A DNA stretch of 64,000 bases from assembly GCA_002189035.1 (NCBI GenBank), contig CM007992.1, positions 2,542,001 through 2,606,000 on the forward strand, given 5' to 3'. Positions 39,880 to 53,382 of the stretch are shown in pieces. The notes below the pieces were generated by a model, which had not been told where the DNA came from, did no database searches, and saw only the letters and a list, made by a program, of their open reading frames with translations. This DNA comes from Utricularia gibba (lineage: Eukaryota > Plantae > Magnoliophyta). The position numbers and the translations under genes were made by a program. The first letter of the stretch is position 1. The number at the start of each line of letters is the position of its first letter.

Positions 39880-42360
39880 CTAGAAGACGCCTTGTAATTC
39901 ATCTTACTAATTGAGTCACATATTGCATCACATAGAGCATTTATATATCTATCTTGAGTTGATGACTTAAAAGTTTCTAATGTTGGTAGAGGTGTTTGAG
40001 AATTATATGATGGAGTCCAATTATTAGCTTCAAAACATAAGAAATCCAGATTATTTGTATCAACTTTCTTGATAAAATTATAAATTGTCATAGTTGCTAG
40101 TATGATAAACACTTGATATTGTCATGAAAATGCCTAAGGAAGTTTGTTAAATATATCGAATTTTACTTTCTCTACATCAAAACATCGTTCAATAATATCT
40201 TTGTAGTTATGCATCTTTGTAGGATTTTTAACCTGTGAATTAATATGAAACTCTTTCAAATGATACCTTTGACTTTTACATAGTATCAAAAAAATACAGT
40301 ATTCATATACCCTAAATTAGCAAGGTAATACTTACTAGTGGTGGTAATGAAAAATTATTATCAGATGAGTGCATAACCCATGATAATGTTGAACAATCAT
40401 GCATTAGTCCTTCAAATCCTAAAACTATAAAGATGAAAAGTATATTGAAGTCATATACTATCAAAAAAAAAGGAAATTTATCTTCCTTTCTAATTCTTGC
40501 AAGACTGTGAATATCATCAATGATACCATCCCCATCTTGAAAATGAGGTCAAAATCGAGAATTATTTCTAATTTTTACAGATAGAGTCAATGTATCACTC
40601 ATTAAGACTACAAATTCAGAAGTCATATTTGCACAAGTATCAAGTACTACATAAAAACTTTGACTTACGGTACATTCAAAACAATGGAACAATTTTTGAA
40701 GCAAACGATTACTAAATTTCAAACTCATTGCTAAGAGAAATATCACTACTTGTTCCTCAAGAGAAACTATGTGTATAGCTATTAGACCATCGCATTCATA
40801 TATAACACTATATTGTTGGGTTTCACGTAGACATCATATGTCTCAAAAGCAGCGAAATTTTAAAAAATTTGAGAAACCCCCAACGCAGATCTTGGAATAC
40901 GGTATGCATCAGACATAGAGATGTTCAAAGTACCTTTCAGATGACTCAGTTATTCACCAACCGCCAATAGCAAACAGCCTCTATGGTATCCACACGTGGA
41001 GCACTTCATCGATAACCTTCTCAAGGCTCTTGAGTGCTGCTCGAATTTCTCAGGTGCTAGTAGAGAAAAACGCCTCCTTGTGGATCAGTCTCAGAGAGCA
41101 CGAAGACCTTGGAACAGATCTCAAGATCTAAATCTTTTTTATAGATATATTGTGACATATCAAATCATATCTATATGAGATCTTTTATTTTGAATTTAAT
41201 CAATATTAATGTCAAAATAATTCTCTATTTAATTTATCCACTTTACCAATTACATCTTATGTAATTGTTTCATTTTATTTTATATCGATGAGTGACTCCA
41301 CTATTGTGTGTGACCCTATAGGCTTCCTCAATCAAGGCTGTAATAATGGATTTATTAATTAACTCTTAATTAATCAAATCCATCATTATCGATCATGAGT
41401 GATATCTACCAACATATCATGATCCCCAAGATTAAAGAATAATCAGGTGAACTGATTGAGCCTTTTCATGACCAGCCACCATGCAATGAACAGCTTTCAT
41501 CATACTTATATCTCATTCAATACCAGAACATGGGTGTGTGTCTTTCTGATGTATCGAACTTATAATTGCATTCAAGCACTAACACTCAATGACCTACTCA
41601 AACAATTCGAGTGTCATTACCTTGGGCCCAGGACTTATTGTTAGGCTTTGATGCAATTACTTGAGATATGATCTCATTGCTAACATGAGTGATGAATCCT
41701 TTATTGATCAATCAACTATCTCCAACATTAAGGAGTCACATCCCTACTCATCCATACTAGGCAAGCCATGGTTAGGCTCCCATTAGTAATGAGCGAAAAT
41801 GTGAGCTTAAGATCAAGATAACTTTGTTGACCTTAAGTCTAAGCTTACTTGCACGGCTGTCATATTCGAGATCTTGCTACTGACACTTGGTTAGCTTCCC
41901 ATAGTAGCATCTCGAAGATGAGTCATCCAATGAATCGATTCTCTAATCGACACCTACACATAGGTTCTAGTAATCTCATTACATCAATTGTGAGAACCAT
42001 TGTCTAAACTGTTTAGGGAACTCAATATGTGCCAGCTTATCCGTATTTGTGATATCCTTATTTCACAAATACTCCTAACTAGGGAGATTTAACTTGATCA
42101 TGACTGCTTGAAGAATCTCACATTATGATCTCATTATAATTTCTATAGCACATAGATCAAGTAGAAGATTTTATCAATGATATAAATTTGATCACAATTC
42201 AAAGTAAATATCAAAAGATAAGATTTTCCAATGAGTTGATTGTCTCTAGAACACATACACTAATATATAACCTATGAAATGTTTCTCGTTCCATCCGAAG
42301 TAGTTGATATGAGCAAATCGAGTGATCTAATATACCCTTTAACCATGCAATTCTAAATAG
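39880..42360 (-). mobile_element. Second PIF/Harbinger transposase relic, interrupted by a solo LTR
   Basis: YQLLRMERETFHRL-[LTR]-VSLEEQVVIFLLAM...TVSQSFYVVL, FIVLGFEGLMHDC (compare YVLAGWEGSAHDS), and IILATMTIYNFIKK...DAICDSI. No TIRs identified. Confidence 0.75.
40814..42265 (-). mobile_element. Solo LTR, Angela/BARE-1-type copia (1452 bp), same family as 8658-10111
   Basis: Starts TGTTGGG and ends CTAATA (CA decayed to TA). TSD TATAT/TATAA (4/5). Colinear with 8658-10111. Confidence 0.88.
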
Positions 42361-43054
42361 TTCTCTATCTAAACAAGGCATTCTTACAAAAGTATATTGG
42401 TAAAATTCAAGAATGAATTGTGCAAGTGTCGCTATAACATGGACTATTTTAGAATTTGAAGTATTACCTTCATCTTTAGAATTATCGGTATGAAAAAGAG
42501 TTGCTAGAAGAATACATGGTTGTGTAGTGCTTGAGAATGATGCACAACACTAATTTTATAGATATAAAATATGGAATTTTTGTAAGAAATCACATTAAAT
42601 AGTTGTAGAAAAGCACATGCAATTGTCATAGAAAAACAAATATAATATTAAAGCACATGAAATTGATATTGAAAACTATATAGAATTGTTGCAAAAAAAA
42701 CAAATTCTATCAGATATCCACATGAAATAGTACGATTTTAAATCGTACTATTTCAAGAAAATGAATGCCATAATGGAATTATTTTTAGATCATGCAGAAG
42801 AGTATCTAGGACTTGACGCTTTATCCCCATAAAACTTATGTTCAAAAAAAGTATTTGATCAAACTCGAACAACACCAACAAATGATACTTATGGATTGCT
42901 GGTTGCTTTTTGGAAAAGTGCTTAAGAGAGCAACCTCTTGTCAACCTCACTCAACCTAGGTGAGAGGTTTGTCATGATTCTCTCATCATTAACCCTTGTT
43001 CAATACACAACTATATCATCTCCTCATGTATGTGTGAGATGATGCTTATGTGAA

Positions 43055-45295
43055 AATTGCAAAAACATCTCAAATTTCAATCATTATAAAGAATTTATCC
43101 TTCTAAGTTTTGAAATTGTCAAAAAGACACCTTGAAGTTGTCAAAACCATTCACGGTAAAACCAAACAATTTTGTCAAATTTTTTGGCCATGAACCCGTT
43201 CATGTAAAACAAATTAGGGCTTTAGAATTTGCATCTAGGGCTTTTATTTCTCATTTTCGTTACTGAAGATCGATTGAATACGAAGGCGTATGGAAGAGGG
43301 AGGCATGCCATTTTGGTGACAAGTGGCAGATTTCTATTCTTAAGGAGTTCTCAAACAAGGGTAAGTCACGTTCGACAATAACCTGCCAAGTGAAACAACA
43401 CATTTGTTGTTCAGGGATCGATGAGGTGTTGAAGCCAATTTTCTGGTCATATTTTTTGTCTCAATTTATAAAAATGATTCTATTTGTGTAGAGTTAAACG
43501 GAAGCTAATTTAAACACAATCCGATAATCGATCTTTATTCATTGCAACTCTTGGTTAGCACCATATCATCACTATTAATGCTCTTTTAGTTTAATCCTCA
43601 TTGTTGTTGAAATTAGATAAGTGTAAGTGACTTTTTTTTCATTCAATGTCCATAATGAAATAAAGTCACTATGAGATTCTCAAATTTTTTTCGTTGCAAT
43701 ACATGGGGTTGGTTTATTATTATTTGCTTTGCTTGATTTAGTTTGGTTCAATGTAATTTTTTTCATTAGTTTGAGGTTAGTGTTGTTAAAAATTGAGAAG
43801 TTATATGTTTATGTTTTGTTAGTTTGAGGTTGGTGTTGTTGAATTTAATCTTCTGTTTGATGTTAAATTTGTGACTTTTTTGAGCTTAGTTTACATTTTT
43901 TTGGTTCTCCCTTGTAGTTTGAGATGATGCCATCAAATTGATAAGGAGTTGGTTTTCAGAGGGATAACTTCTATGAGATATTGAAAGGTGTATCAGAGAA
44001 TAACAAGGATTTGGATTCAGAGATGGACTATGATAATAGCAGTGATGGTAATGTTATCGAATCAAATCAAGTGAACTTGGATTCTGTTGAAGACACCCAT
44101 GAAGTGGAGGACAAAAAGGGTTCCAATGATGTTGATGATGAAAGGTACTTCATATTCAACAATGAGTTGGGTTGGGATTCCCAAAAAGTGAACTATTTTT
44201 CTTATGGATATCTTACCTAATAGATGTACAGAGTGATTTTTTAATTTATTTGTAGGTTGGAATTGACTTTTAGAGACAAACAAAATACTAAAGAGTCTCT
44301 CACAACTTTTTGCATTCTAAATGAAATTGATTTTTTAATTTGAAAAGAAAGAGCGAGATCGGCTATGATCATGTTATCAAACTACCTAGCAAGGTATGCG
44401 ACTGGTATATTCACATGATTCAAAATATAAACGATTTGGGATGGAGGGTAAAAGGGTACAATTCTCAGCACAATGGTTGAGTTTGGGCATCCAAAAACTC
44501 TACGGTTACAACGAGTTGGCTTGATCATAGGTACTCTCCTTATTCATACAGAGAGTTAAATTATGTATTTGACTCTTAATTTGTTTTGGTGATAGGTATG
44601 TGAGAACATTTTGTGTGTGACCCTCAAATGAAGTTGTAGAATTCAGGTGTCGAGTAAGTATTGAATTGAATATTGATGTTTCAAAACACAATGTTTTCAT
44701 ATTAGGGAGTTTGCCCTTGTAAAAATAGACGATAGTGTGAGTGCTAATTTTAGTAGAATATATAGTTACATTTTATAGATGGAGAAAAGTTGCTTGGGGT
44801 CAACAATCAAGCTAGAGGTTTCCAAAATAAAAAAAGGGCAAACCACTTTAGGAGTATATATATTTGTTTGACCCCATGTAAGGTTGGATAGACAGCTTAT
44901 TGACTCATGTTGAGCATTGATGATACACATATTAAAGCATCATTTCATGGGTAGGTTCATAGTTTTTATTTTACAGATGCTAGTATTTTATTTTAATGAT
45001 TGTTTGCTTGCCACTAGGTGTTGGTTGACATTGGTTTGGATCCCATCAATGGTGTCTATCCACTTGCATATGGTATTGTCGAATCTGAATCCATGGAGAG
45101 TTGGTCATGGTTTTTAAATTTGAAGACAATAATGTGTGATAGAGGTATATGATTAATCCCAACATTGATAGTTGCATTGCCCCATGCACAAGTTAATCTT
45201 TCATTTTGTTTATTTTTCATTAAAAAGTAGTGTTTCAGGAGGTCATTATGTTATTCATTGTGGTTGACATATTCTGTCAAATTTGAAGACAAGTG
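43055..45295 (+). mobile_element. Mutator-like (MULE) transposase relic with probable left TIR
   Basis: GTGAAAATTGCAAAAAACA TIR-like start near 43055, an acidic N-terminal region, a MuDR-like CDWYIH motif, IGLDPINGVYPLAYGIVESESMESWSWFL (MULE DDE region) at about 45020-45115, and C-*-HILSNLK near 45260-45290. Confidence 0.7.
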
Positions 45296-46677
45296 GATGC
45301 TTCTCGGAAGCGTTCCATGCATGTGTTTGCGTAGCATTCCGATCTTCCACTATAACGGACTTCCACAAAAACACGGAAAAGCTGTGTGTTTAAGTTAATT
45401 TTTATGTTTATGTGTGTTTAAGTTAATTTTGTGTGTTTATGTTAAAAAGTGGACTAAATCCTTTGATTTAGTCCACAACCTTTGTTACTAATGTTTCAGT
45501 AAGTTCAGCAGGGAGATCAGCAGTAAAATCAGACTTGCAAACGCGTGGAAAAAGTGAAAAAGGCACAATATTCGGAGAAGGACAAAGAGCACTATTTTTC
45601 CACCACCTACAGTCTGCAAGTTCAGGTCGGGAACAGTGTTGGCGGTCAGGAACAATGCAATGGAGTGAGGGAGAGGAGATATTTCATTTCGAAAAGGGAG
45701 AGAGCGGGAACAAGAGCGAACAACGAGGGCACGCAAGGGGGGTTCTTCCCCAAGGTGAAAAACACCAACCAGAAGAGGGGAAGAAGACCTTCATTGTCAA
45801 GAGCAGCACCAAAGCCCAGTCCAGCGCTATTGTTGTGTGCCATGAACAGTAGCAACCGAGCAAAAGAACAATCTTTATTTCCTTTCTGTTTTCTGAACGT
45901 TTCGAGTTTCTGTACTTGACTTGCTTACAATGTTTTTGTCATTTTCGCCATATTATCTGAATGAAATCATGTTTTATTTTCCAAGTATGAGTGGCTAAAG
46001 TGTCAGGGATACCTTAGGGTGAAGTATGGTGGTGTGTGCTTAGGATTAATAATGAAATTTATGTTTGTTCCTTAGCTCTTGTTTCTATCAAACTATGAGT
46101 AGACCTTAGGAGGGGAATAAGTAGCTTCACAACTTAGATGCTTGATTTAGAGGTATACCAGCAAATCAAGACGGGAGCAGTAGGTGTTAGTTTGGGGTAG
46201 AACCAATAGAACCGGGTAGACCTAATTGCAATGTTGGTTATGATATTTGGGATTAGCTTAGCCGATAGACTAGTAGAACCTTGGTAGACATGGTTTATTT
46301 GAAGTTGTGAGTGTAGGAACATGGTAAATTAAATTATGCACCTTAGCATAGCACCACCTGAAGATCCTTAAGGCATCTTCGTGTGATTCTGAGTTAGAAC
46401 CAGTACCTGTTACCTTAGCGTTAAGACCTGATATTGTTTACTGATCTTGTTTACCAAACTTGTTTACCACTGTTGGTCCGAGCTTAGACTAAGACTTACT
46501 GTCTTCCGAATTGTGCATTTACTAAAACACTTAGCAAGCACAAGCTCTACGTAATCGACCCCGACATCCACAATACAAGTTTTCTAAATTTGTATATTAT
46601 GTAGATTAGGGACTATAAATTTATTTGATACGGATTTCTATTTTTATTGCAACAATATTAAGAATTTCCGTTTATCA
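45295..46677 (+). mobile_element. Athila-like family B LTR (5' boundary uncertain)
   Basis: Homologous to 14564-15916 (hairpin, tagaaccgggtagacct, aaggcatctt, gatcgacccc, ataaatttattt, TTTATCA end). TSD not clearly resolved. Confidence 0.7.
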
Positions 46678-46761
46678 AAGGGATCAGAGTCTTCAACCTT
46701 TTGAAGACTATGATCGGGAGTACATGTTTGTACCCATTGTTACATCATAAGTACTTGCACG

Positions 46762-46966
46762 TGATAAAAACAGCGGAATTGATTCTGCACAGAAGGTAAA
46801 GGGGAGAGGTAGAGAATCTGAGAGGAAAAACAATCGTGTTTCTTGCGACAAGTCTAGAATGTACAAAACGAAGAGTATTTATATGAAAGCTAAAGACAAC
46901 GGATGAAAGACACAAGATGGAAGGCCCAATACGCAGCTAAAGGTAGTCAACGATTACTCCTTAATA
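46762..46966 (-). repeat. 3' LTR of the Ale-type copia (205 bp)
   Basis: Direct repeat of 51503-51705; by-eye alignment shows about 12 substitutions and one 2-nt indel. Confidence 0.95.
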
Positions 46967-49900
46967 CCCCTTCTAGTCGGACGTCAGGAGAGACATCACA
47001 AAGTCCGAGCTTGGCAAGGAAACGCATGAACATGGGGATCCCCAAGGCCTTCGTAAAGATGTCGGCGAGCTAGGAGCCAGAGCTAACAAACCGATAGACT
47101 AGAAAACCAGACTTCTGCTGATCCCGAACAACATGACAATCGATCTCAATGTGCTTCGTTCACTCATGGAACACAGAATTGGAAGTGATGTGAATAGCGG
47201 CCTGATTGTCACACCATAACGAGACCGGTAAAGTAAGAGGAACGCAAAAGACCTGCAAGAGGGAGTGAAGCCATTGCAATTCAATGGTGGTAAGGGCCAT
47301 GCTACGGTATTCAGCCTCAGCGGAAGACCCGGTGACAGCAGACTATTTCTTAGCCTTCTAGGAGATCAAACAAGGGCCCAAGAATATGCAAAACCCAGAA
47401 ATAGAGCGCCGAGTGGTCACACAAGCACCCCAATCAGCATAACAGTATGCCTCGAGAGTCAGCGGAGCATCAATGGGATAAAAAGAGCCCTCGACTAGCC
47501 GTGCCCTTGAGCTAGCGAACCACATGCCGAGCAATCTCCCATTGTTTAGACATAAGATGTTGTAGAAATTGACTCAATTGCTGGGAAGCGAAAGCAATAT
47601 CAAGACGAGTGAATCCCAAGTAAAGGAGGCGACCCACTAATTTCCGGAAACCCGTCTCATCCAAGAGCTCACCATTGCCAAGAACGCCAAAATCACAGTT
47701 TTGAGGCAGCAGGGTTAAGGCGGCATTAGCATGCACCATATCCAAATCCTCAAGGATATCCATCACATACTTGTGTTGAGAGAGTAAATAGCCACTAGGA
47801 GTACGATGAAGCTCTAAGCCTAAAAAGAAAGTAGCGTCCCCCAAGTCTTTAATGGTAAAAAGATCATGAAGATAGCGTTTAATACGTAAGAGGATGTTCA
47901 AGACAGGACCACCAATTAAGATATCATCAACATAGATGATAAGGAAGGCGAGAGTATCGAATTCCTGAAACACAAAAAGCAATTATCAGCATGGGCCTGC
48001 ACAAAGCCAAACTTAACCAAGGCATTCGTCAATTCAACATTCCACTGACGAGACGCCTGTTTGAGACCATAAAAGGAACGTTGCAACAAGCAAACATCAG
48101 TGGGCTTTGTTGCATTATAACCTTCCGGAGAAGTCATATAAATCTGCTCATTCAAGTGTCCATGTAAGAAGGCATTATTAATTTCTAACTGATGAATAAA
48201 CCATGATCGAGAAGCGGCAATAGCAAGAAAACAACGAATAGTCACCATCTTGGCCATGGGTGAAAAATAATCATAATAATCCCCCCCCCCCTCAACATGA
48301 TTATAACCCTTAGCAACCAAGCGTGCCTTGTATCTCCCCACGGTACCATCTTGATTGAATTTGATCCAATACACCCATTTGCAACCAATTGGTGTGCAAT
48401 CTGGAGGTTTAGGGATCAATCTCCAAGTGTTATTCTTCTCAAGAGCCATAAGTTCCTCCCCCATGGCCTTCTCCCAACACTGAATGACCCGAGCTTGAGC
48501 ATAATTACGGGGTTCATGAGTTGCAGATTAAAGAGCCACAACATGAATATGAGGTTTGGGAAAGGTAGTGACAGAGTTGGATTGAGGGCTGAGGGTAGTA
48601 TAATCTGTCAGCCAAAGAGGAGGTCGTGTAATGCGGTCACTCTGACGGAGTAAAGGGGAAATGATGCTGTTCGGAGGGTGAATTGGAGAAGCAGACGAGG
48701 AAGAGCGTGGGGGGACAGAATCATAAATAGCAGGGATAGGAGAAGCAGGTGGCACAACCATAGGAGTGGAAGAAAGTGGTGAGATAGTTTCCATATGGGA
48801 GTCCAAAGGAGAGGTAGAAGGGTTGGGGAAGTGACACACATCCGAGATCACCTGAGGGTCCAAAAGAAGGGGGAGAACAAGCGTCAAAGTATCGAAATCA
48901 CGAGTGGGGCTGGATTTAAAAGGAAACAAACTCTCATAAAACTTGAAATCACGGGACAAGAAAATTCTCCGGTGGTGAGATTGAGTAGCTTAATCCCCTT
49001 CTGATTCGGAGGATAACCCAAAAAGACACACTTAGAGGCTCTAGGGGAAAATTTATCCCTAGAAGATAAATTCGCAGCGAAACACAAGCATCCAAAAACA
49101 CGGAGACGATTGAAATCTAGTGGGGAATGAAGTAATTTTTCGATAGGAGTTTTCCACTCCAAGACCTGTGACGGCAACCTATTTATAATATAAGTAGTTG
49201 TAAGAATGCTATCCCCCCAAAATTTTTCTGGAAGCCCTGACTGCAGGATTAGGGCTCTAGCTACTTCTAACAGATGCCTATGTTTACGTTCAACCATGCC
49301 ATTCTGTTGTGGGGTATGGGAACAAGAAGTTTGAGGCTGGATACCCAAGGACAAGGCCCATGCAAGCAAATCATGACCAACGAAATCCCCCCATTATCAG
49401 AACGAAGGATCTCAACAGGGTGGTTGAACTGTTTTTCAACCATAGGAAGGAAAGTTCGTAAAGCTGGGAAAGCATGAGCCTTAGAAGATAAAACAAAAGT
49501 CCAAGTTGCCCTAGTGTAATCATCAACTAAGGTTAAAAAGAAGCGATGGCCATTGTAGGTGGGTGTTTTGTATGATCCTCAAAGATCGCAGTGAACTAGA
49601 GAGAAAGGTTGAGTAGTTTTGTGAATGCGCAAGGGAAAAGGTATTCTATGAAACTTAGTAAATTCGCAAATGTCACAGGGTGAATCTATGGCTTTGTAAG
49701 GAAAAGGGAGATGAGAACTAGTGGTGGTAGAAATATGCCCTCAAATGAAGGTGCCAAAGGGAGGAGGCAATGTCAGTAGAGTTACAATAGGAAAAACAAG
49801 TAGTTTTATTAAGCATCAAATCGCAATGAAGAAATAAAGTGTCACAGTCACCAGGGGATAAAGTTTTCGAAACAGCTCTATTGTATACATCTAAGACAGT

Positions 49901-51502
49901 GGGATGAAAAGACTTCACATCTAGGATATAGAGATCTCGCTTCTTTCTTCCAACTCCTATGACTAGATTAGTTTGAAGGTCTTGAATAAGGCAGCAAGAA
50001 CCATGAAAAGTCAAATGAAACTTGGACTCGGTCAATTTTCCTACTGAAAGCAGGTTATATTTGAATGATGGCACTAACAAGACTGAAGGGAGTGATAATG
50101 ACTCGGCAAGTGTCACAGTACCACTATGTGTGATAGGTTTGGGAGACCCGTCAAGTAGGAAGACAAAGCTAGGAAACGAGATAGGTGCCAAGGAATCAAA
50201 AAGATTGGCAGAATTGCACATATGCGCTGTGGCCCCTGTATCTATTACCCACTCCCAAGGAGAAAGACACTCAATATATTTAGCATGAGTGCTGGAAGTA
50301 AGGCATGTAACAGCAACATGATGCATATCAAACGGATGCGAAAAAAGAGAGAGAGCATGTGAATCGTTACCCATGTGTTCCTCAAGATCAACCAAGTTGG
50401 CTTTAGTCTTATCCGCTTGTGAGAAACCCAGGGCCTTTGCAATTTCTTGTTTAATAAGAGCTGCTAGATCCACTCCATGTCCAGCTATGTGGCTTTCCCA
50501 TCAACACGGTTGGCAGGGTTGCTAATAGCAAGGTGTGCTTTGTTTATAGAGAGTCGTCCAGTAGATTTTTTTTTATTTCCAAAAACCAATCTGGTAATTC
50601 TGAATCAAGAAGACCTTTGAAACAACTCTCCTTTAGATGACCTTTCTTCTTGCAATTTCTGCAATATCTTTTCTTCCTATCAGTGATGTTGACAACATTG
50701 GTCTCGTGGGCTATAGCAATATGTTCTGAATGTCCTTTACTCATTAGTGCTGAGTGATTGACATCAATATCTAGATTTCTCACATTAGGCTCCAGGTTTA
50801 GTATAATGGAGAACGCTGACTCCAGAGAGGGTGGGGGCTGTGTTGCTAAAACCAGATTTCTAGCAACTGTGTGGCCTTCATTCAATACCAACAGGAATTG
50901 TTTAAGTCTGATAATTTCCAATCCACCATTTACATCTTGTTCTCCATGACAGTGATTGCACTTGGAAATAGGCATCAAAGATTCTATTTCATTCCACAGG
51001 CTTTTTACTTTTAGATAGTAGTTGGTGGCACTCAGAACTCCTTGGCTTAGGGTAAACAACTCCTTGAATAAGTAAAAAAGAGTAGAGGTACTCCTTTTTC
51101 CAAAATGTTCTTCCAAAGAAAGCCACAATTCATATGCAATACGTGACTTATTGAAATTCCTGGCAAGATCTATAGGCATGCAGTTCAATATCCAATGTTA
51201 TCAGATTTTCGCCATATTTTGTAGTCCAAAGAATCAACATCAGGCATTTTTGCTTCTCTCGTAATAAACTCTAATTTCTCTTTACATTCCAATGCTAATC
51301 GCATAGATCTGCTCCAATCATTGAAGTTGTGTGGAGTTAGAAGATAGGTTACCAACGTTGCGCCAAGTCCGTCAATGAAGAACCGTGTAAAATCTGATTC
51401 TCAAATTCTCCAGCAGAAGGCATTCTGCTAGAGAAACCGGTATCGATTCTGGAATTCGAATTTGTATTGCCTCTTCTTGTCATCGTTGTCGCTCTGATAC
51501 CA

Positions 51503-51705
51503 TGATAAAAACAGTAGAATTGATTTTGCACATAAGGTAAAGGAAAGAGGAAGAGAATCTGAGAGGAAAAACTCGTGTTTCTTGCGACAAGTCTAGAATG
51601 TACAAAACGAAGAGTATTTATATGAAAGCTAAAGACAACGGATGAAAGATCCAAGGTGGAAGGCCCAGTACGCAGCCAAAGGTAGTCAACGATTACTCCT
51701 TAATA
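51503..51705 (-). repeat. 5' LTR of the Ale-type copia (203 bp)
   Basis: Direct repeat of 46762-46966, directly adjacent to the PBS. Confidence 0.95.
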
Positions 51706-52585
51706 GCACATGTCGTATAATGAAGGTGGTTTTTGTGTTTTTTTTTTTCTTATGGACTTAACTTTTGTTCTCCATTTGTAGGAGCTATTGGTTATTGTTG
51801 ATACTTAGACGAATACTAGATCTAAAATGACGTTGGATGATTGTGCTCGATTCTCTTGGACGATCCTTTAGTTTTGATTTACAACCAGAAATTAGACGAT
51901 TAGTCTATTTTTGGAAAAGTTGAATCATAGTGATTGTCTTTAGTGCCCTTTTTTTTTATTCGTCGAGATTAGGTGGTTGCTTGAGGTGCTGCAAAAGTTC
52001 AAGTTAAAATTATCAAAGAAAGATTGTAGAAGATCCCGATTATGTTTCCGGATGTAAGTAAACACCATAGTACTAATAATGAAATTTAATTAAGAACTAA
52101 ACTCTCTAATTTCTTTCTATACCATCTAGGTGCCACTACAACGAGGAGGCACAGAATATGGCTATTATGCATTATACTACATGTTATTGTTTCTACAAAT
52201 CTCTCTAGAATCGTTCAATATTTCCCTCTATTCATTTTTTGTAATTTATTAATTATTTTCTTCTTTCTTTTTTAACTCATCACTAATTTAAACTTATTTG
52301 TGAACTTACAAATACAAATGACTCACTAGTGGTTCATTGAAAAAGAATTGAAGAAGTTTGCGAATGACTTTGGATTGAAAAATGTTTAGTACTTATTGAA
52401 CTAAGTTTTCTATCATGCATGTACTTTTTTGTGATCTCGTCTATTCATTAGTCACATTACATATATTTGAAAGAATTATGATTATTTATTTTTAAACTAA
52501 GTGTAGTTGGGATGCCAACATCAAACTCCAAAAATTGTAACAAAAATTTAAAGCTAATTTTCCCTTTCTCATAATAAATGTAATA

Positions 52586-52904
52586 TGGGCCCGAGTAGTA
52601 GCCGAGCAGCCCATAATCTCTGGGCCGTACTAGGCTGTGATTTGGTTCAGGGTTGGACTAATTGCAAGTCCATTCAACGCTTGTTGTCCTCCAAGCCTAG
52701 CTCATACATTAAATTCTTTTCTAATAAGTATGTGTGGGCCACATTCCACGTAGAACATTTGTGCCCATTCTCTGTCTTAACTCAATCCAAGTTTTGTCTA
52801 GTGGGGCTGGAAGCAGTCCGTCCTCTGTAACTTCAAATATAAACTAGTTGGGCCCGGTCACAGCATCCCTGCTTCGAGTTTTTTTTTTTTTTTTTTTTTT
52901 TTTT
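52586..52904. promoter_or_regulatory. Cluster of site II (TGGGCY) elements and a T26 tract upstream of ferrochelatase
   Basis: TGGGCC at 52586, 52621, 52735 and 52849, AGCCCA at 52608, and poly(T) at 52879-52904. Site II motifs are established TCP-bound promoter elements; function here is inferred. Confidence 0.55.
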
Positions 52905-53382
52905 GGTACGTAGCTTCAATCTGTATACAGGAGGAAATCCCATTTCGAATTCGTTCGATTAGGCCGGTGATTGCCAGCAGTTTAGGTAGAGAAACTCGAT
53001 GTGTGTGGTCATGGCGTGGCCCGCAATTTGACGCGTCGGCAGGCGCATCCACTCCGCTGACCAAAACAAACCAAACCAAACCGAACACGTTGGCTTTTTT
53101 ACGCCTTTTTCTATTGGGTTCCCACCCTAGTTTTCGTTTCCGCCATTTTTGGTCAACAATGGCTTCTTCTTGAAGTTGCCCAGGATTTAAGGGAACCTTC
53201 CTGCTTTCATTCTGATCAGCGATTCTGATATCGTATTCTTAGCCATCGTTACGCAGGAACTCATTCTTTTTTCTGATTAGTTCGTCGCGGCAGTTGCCTT
53301 TCATTGTGGATTTTTTTCTGCCGCTGTGTTGATACAGGCGAGGCTTTTTCCGTATTGGTGGGTGAATCTTAAGGGTTTTTCT

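Larger units (their letters stand above)
46762..51705 (-). mobile_element. Full-length but decayed Ty1/copia, Ale/Retrofit-type (4944 bp)
   Basis: LTRs 46762-46966 and 51503-51705, PBS TGGTATCAGAGC at 51491-51502, PPT AGAAGGGG next to the 3' LTR, TSD GCACG/GCACA. Gag (CRNCKKKGHLKESC), protease (WVIDTGATAHMC), integrase ([16 protein letters not shown]), RT (YKARLVAKG, IYVDDIL) and RNase H are present, with several stops and frameshifts. Confidence 0.95.

Noticed and set aside
46678-46692. Degenerate PBS (AAGGGATCAGAGT) after the Athila-B LTR
   Set aside because: It has two mismatches to the iMet PBS core, Athila elements typically use a different primer, and no gag follows. Probably chance.
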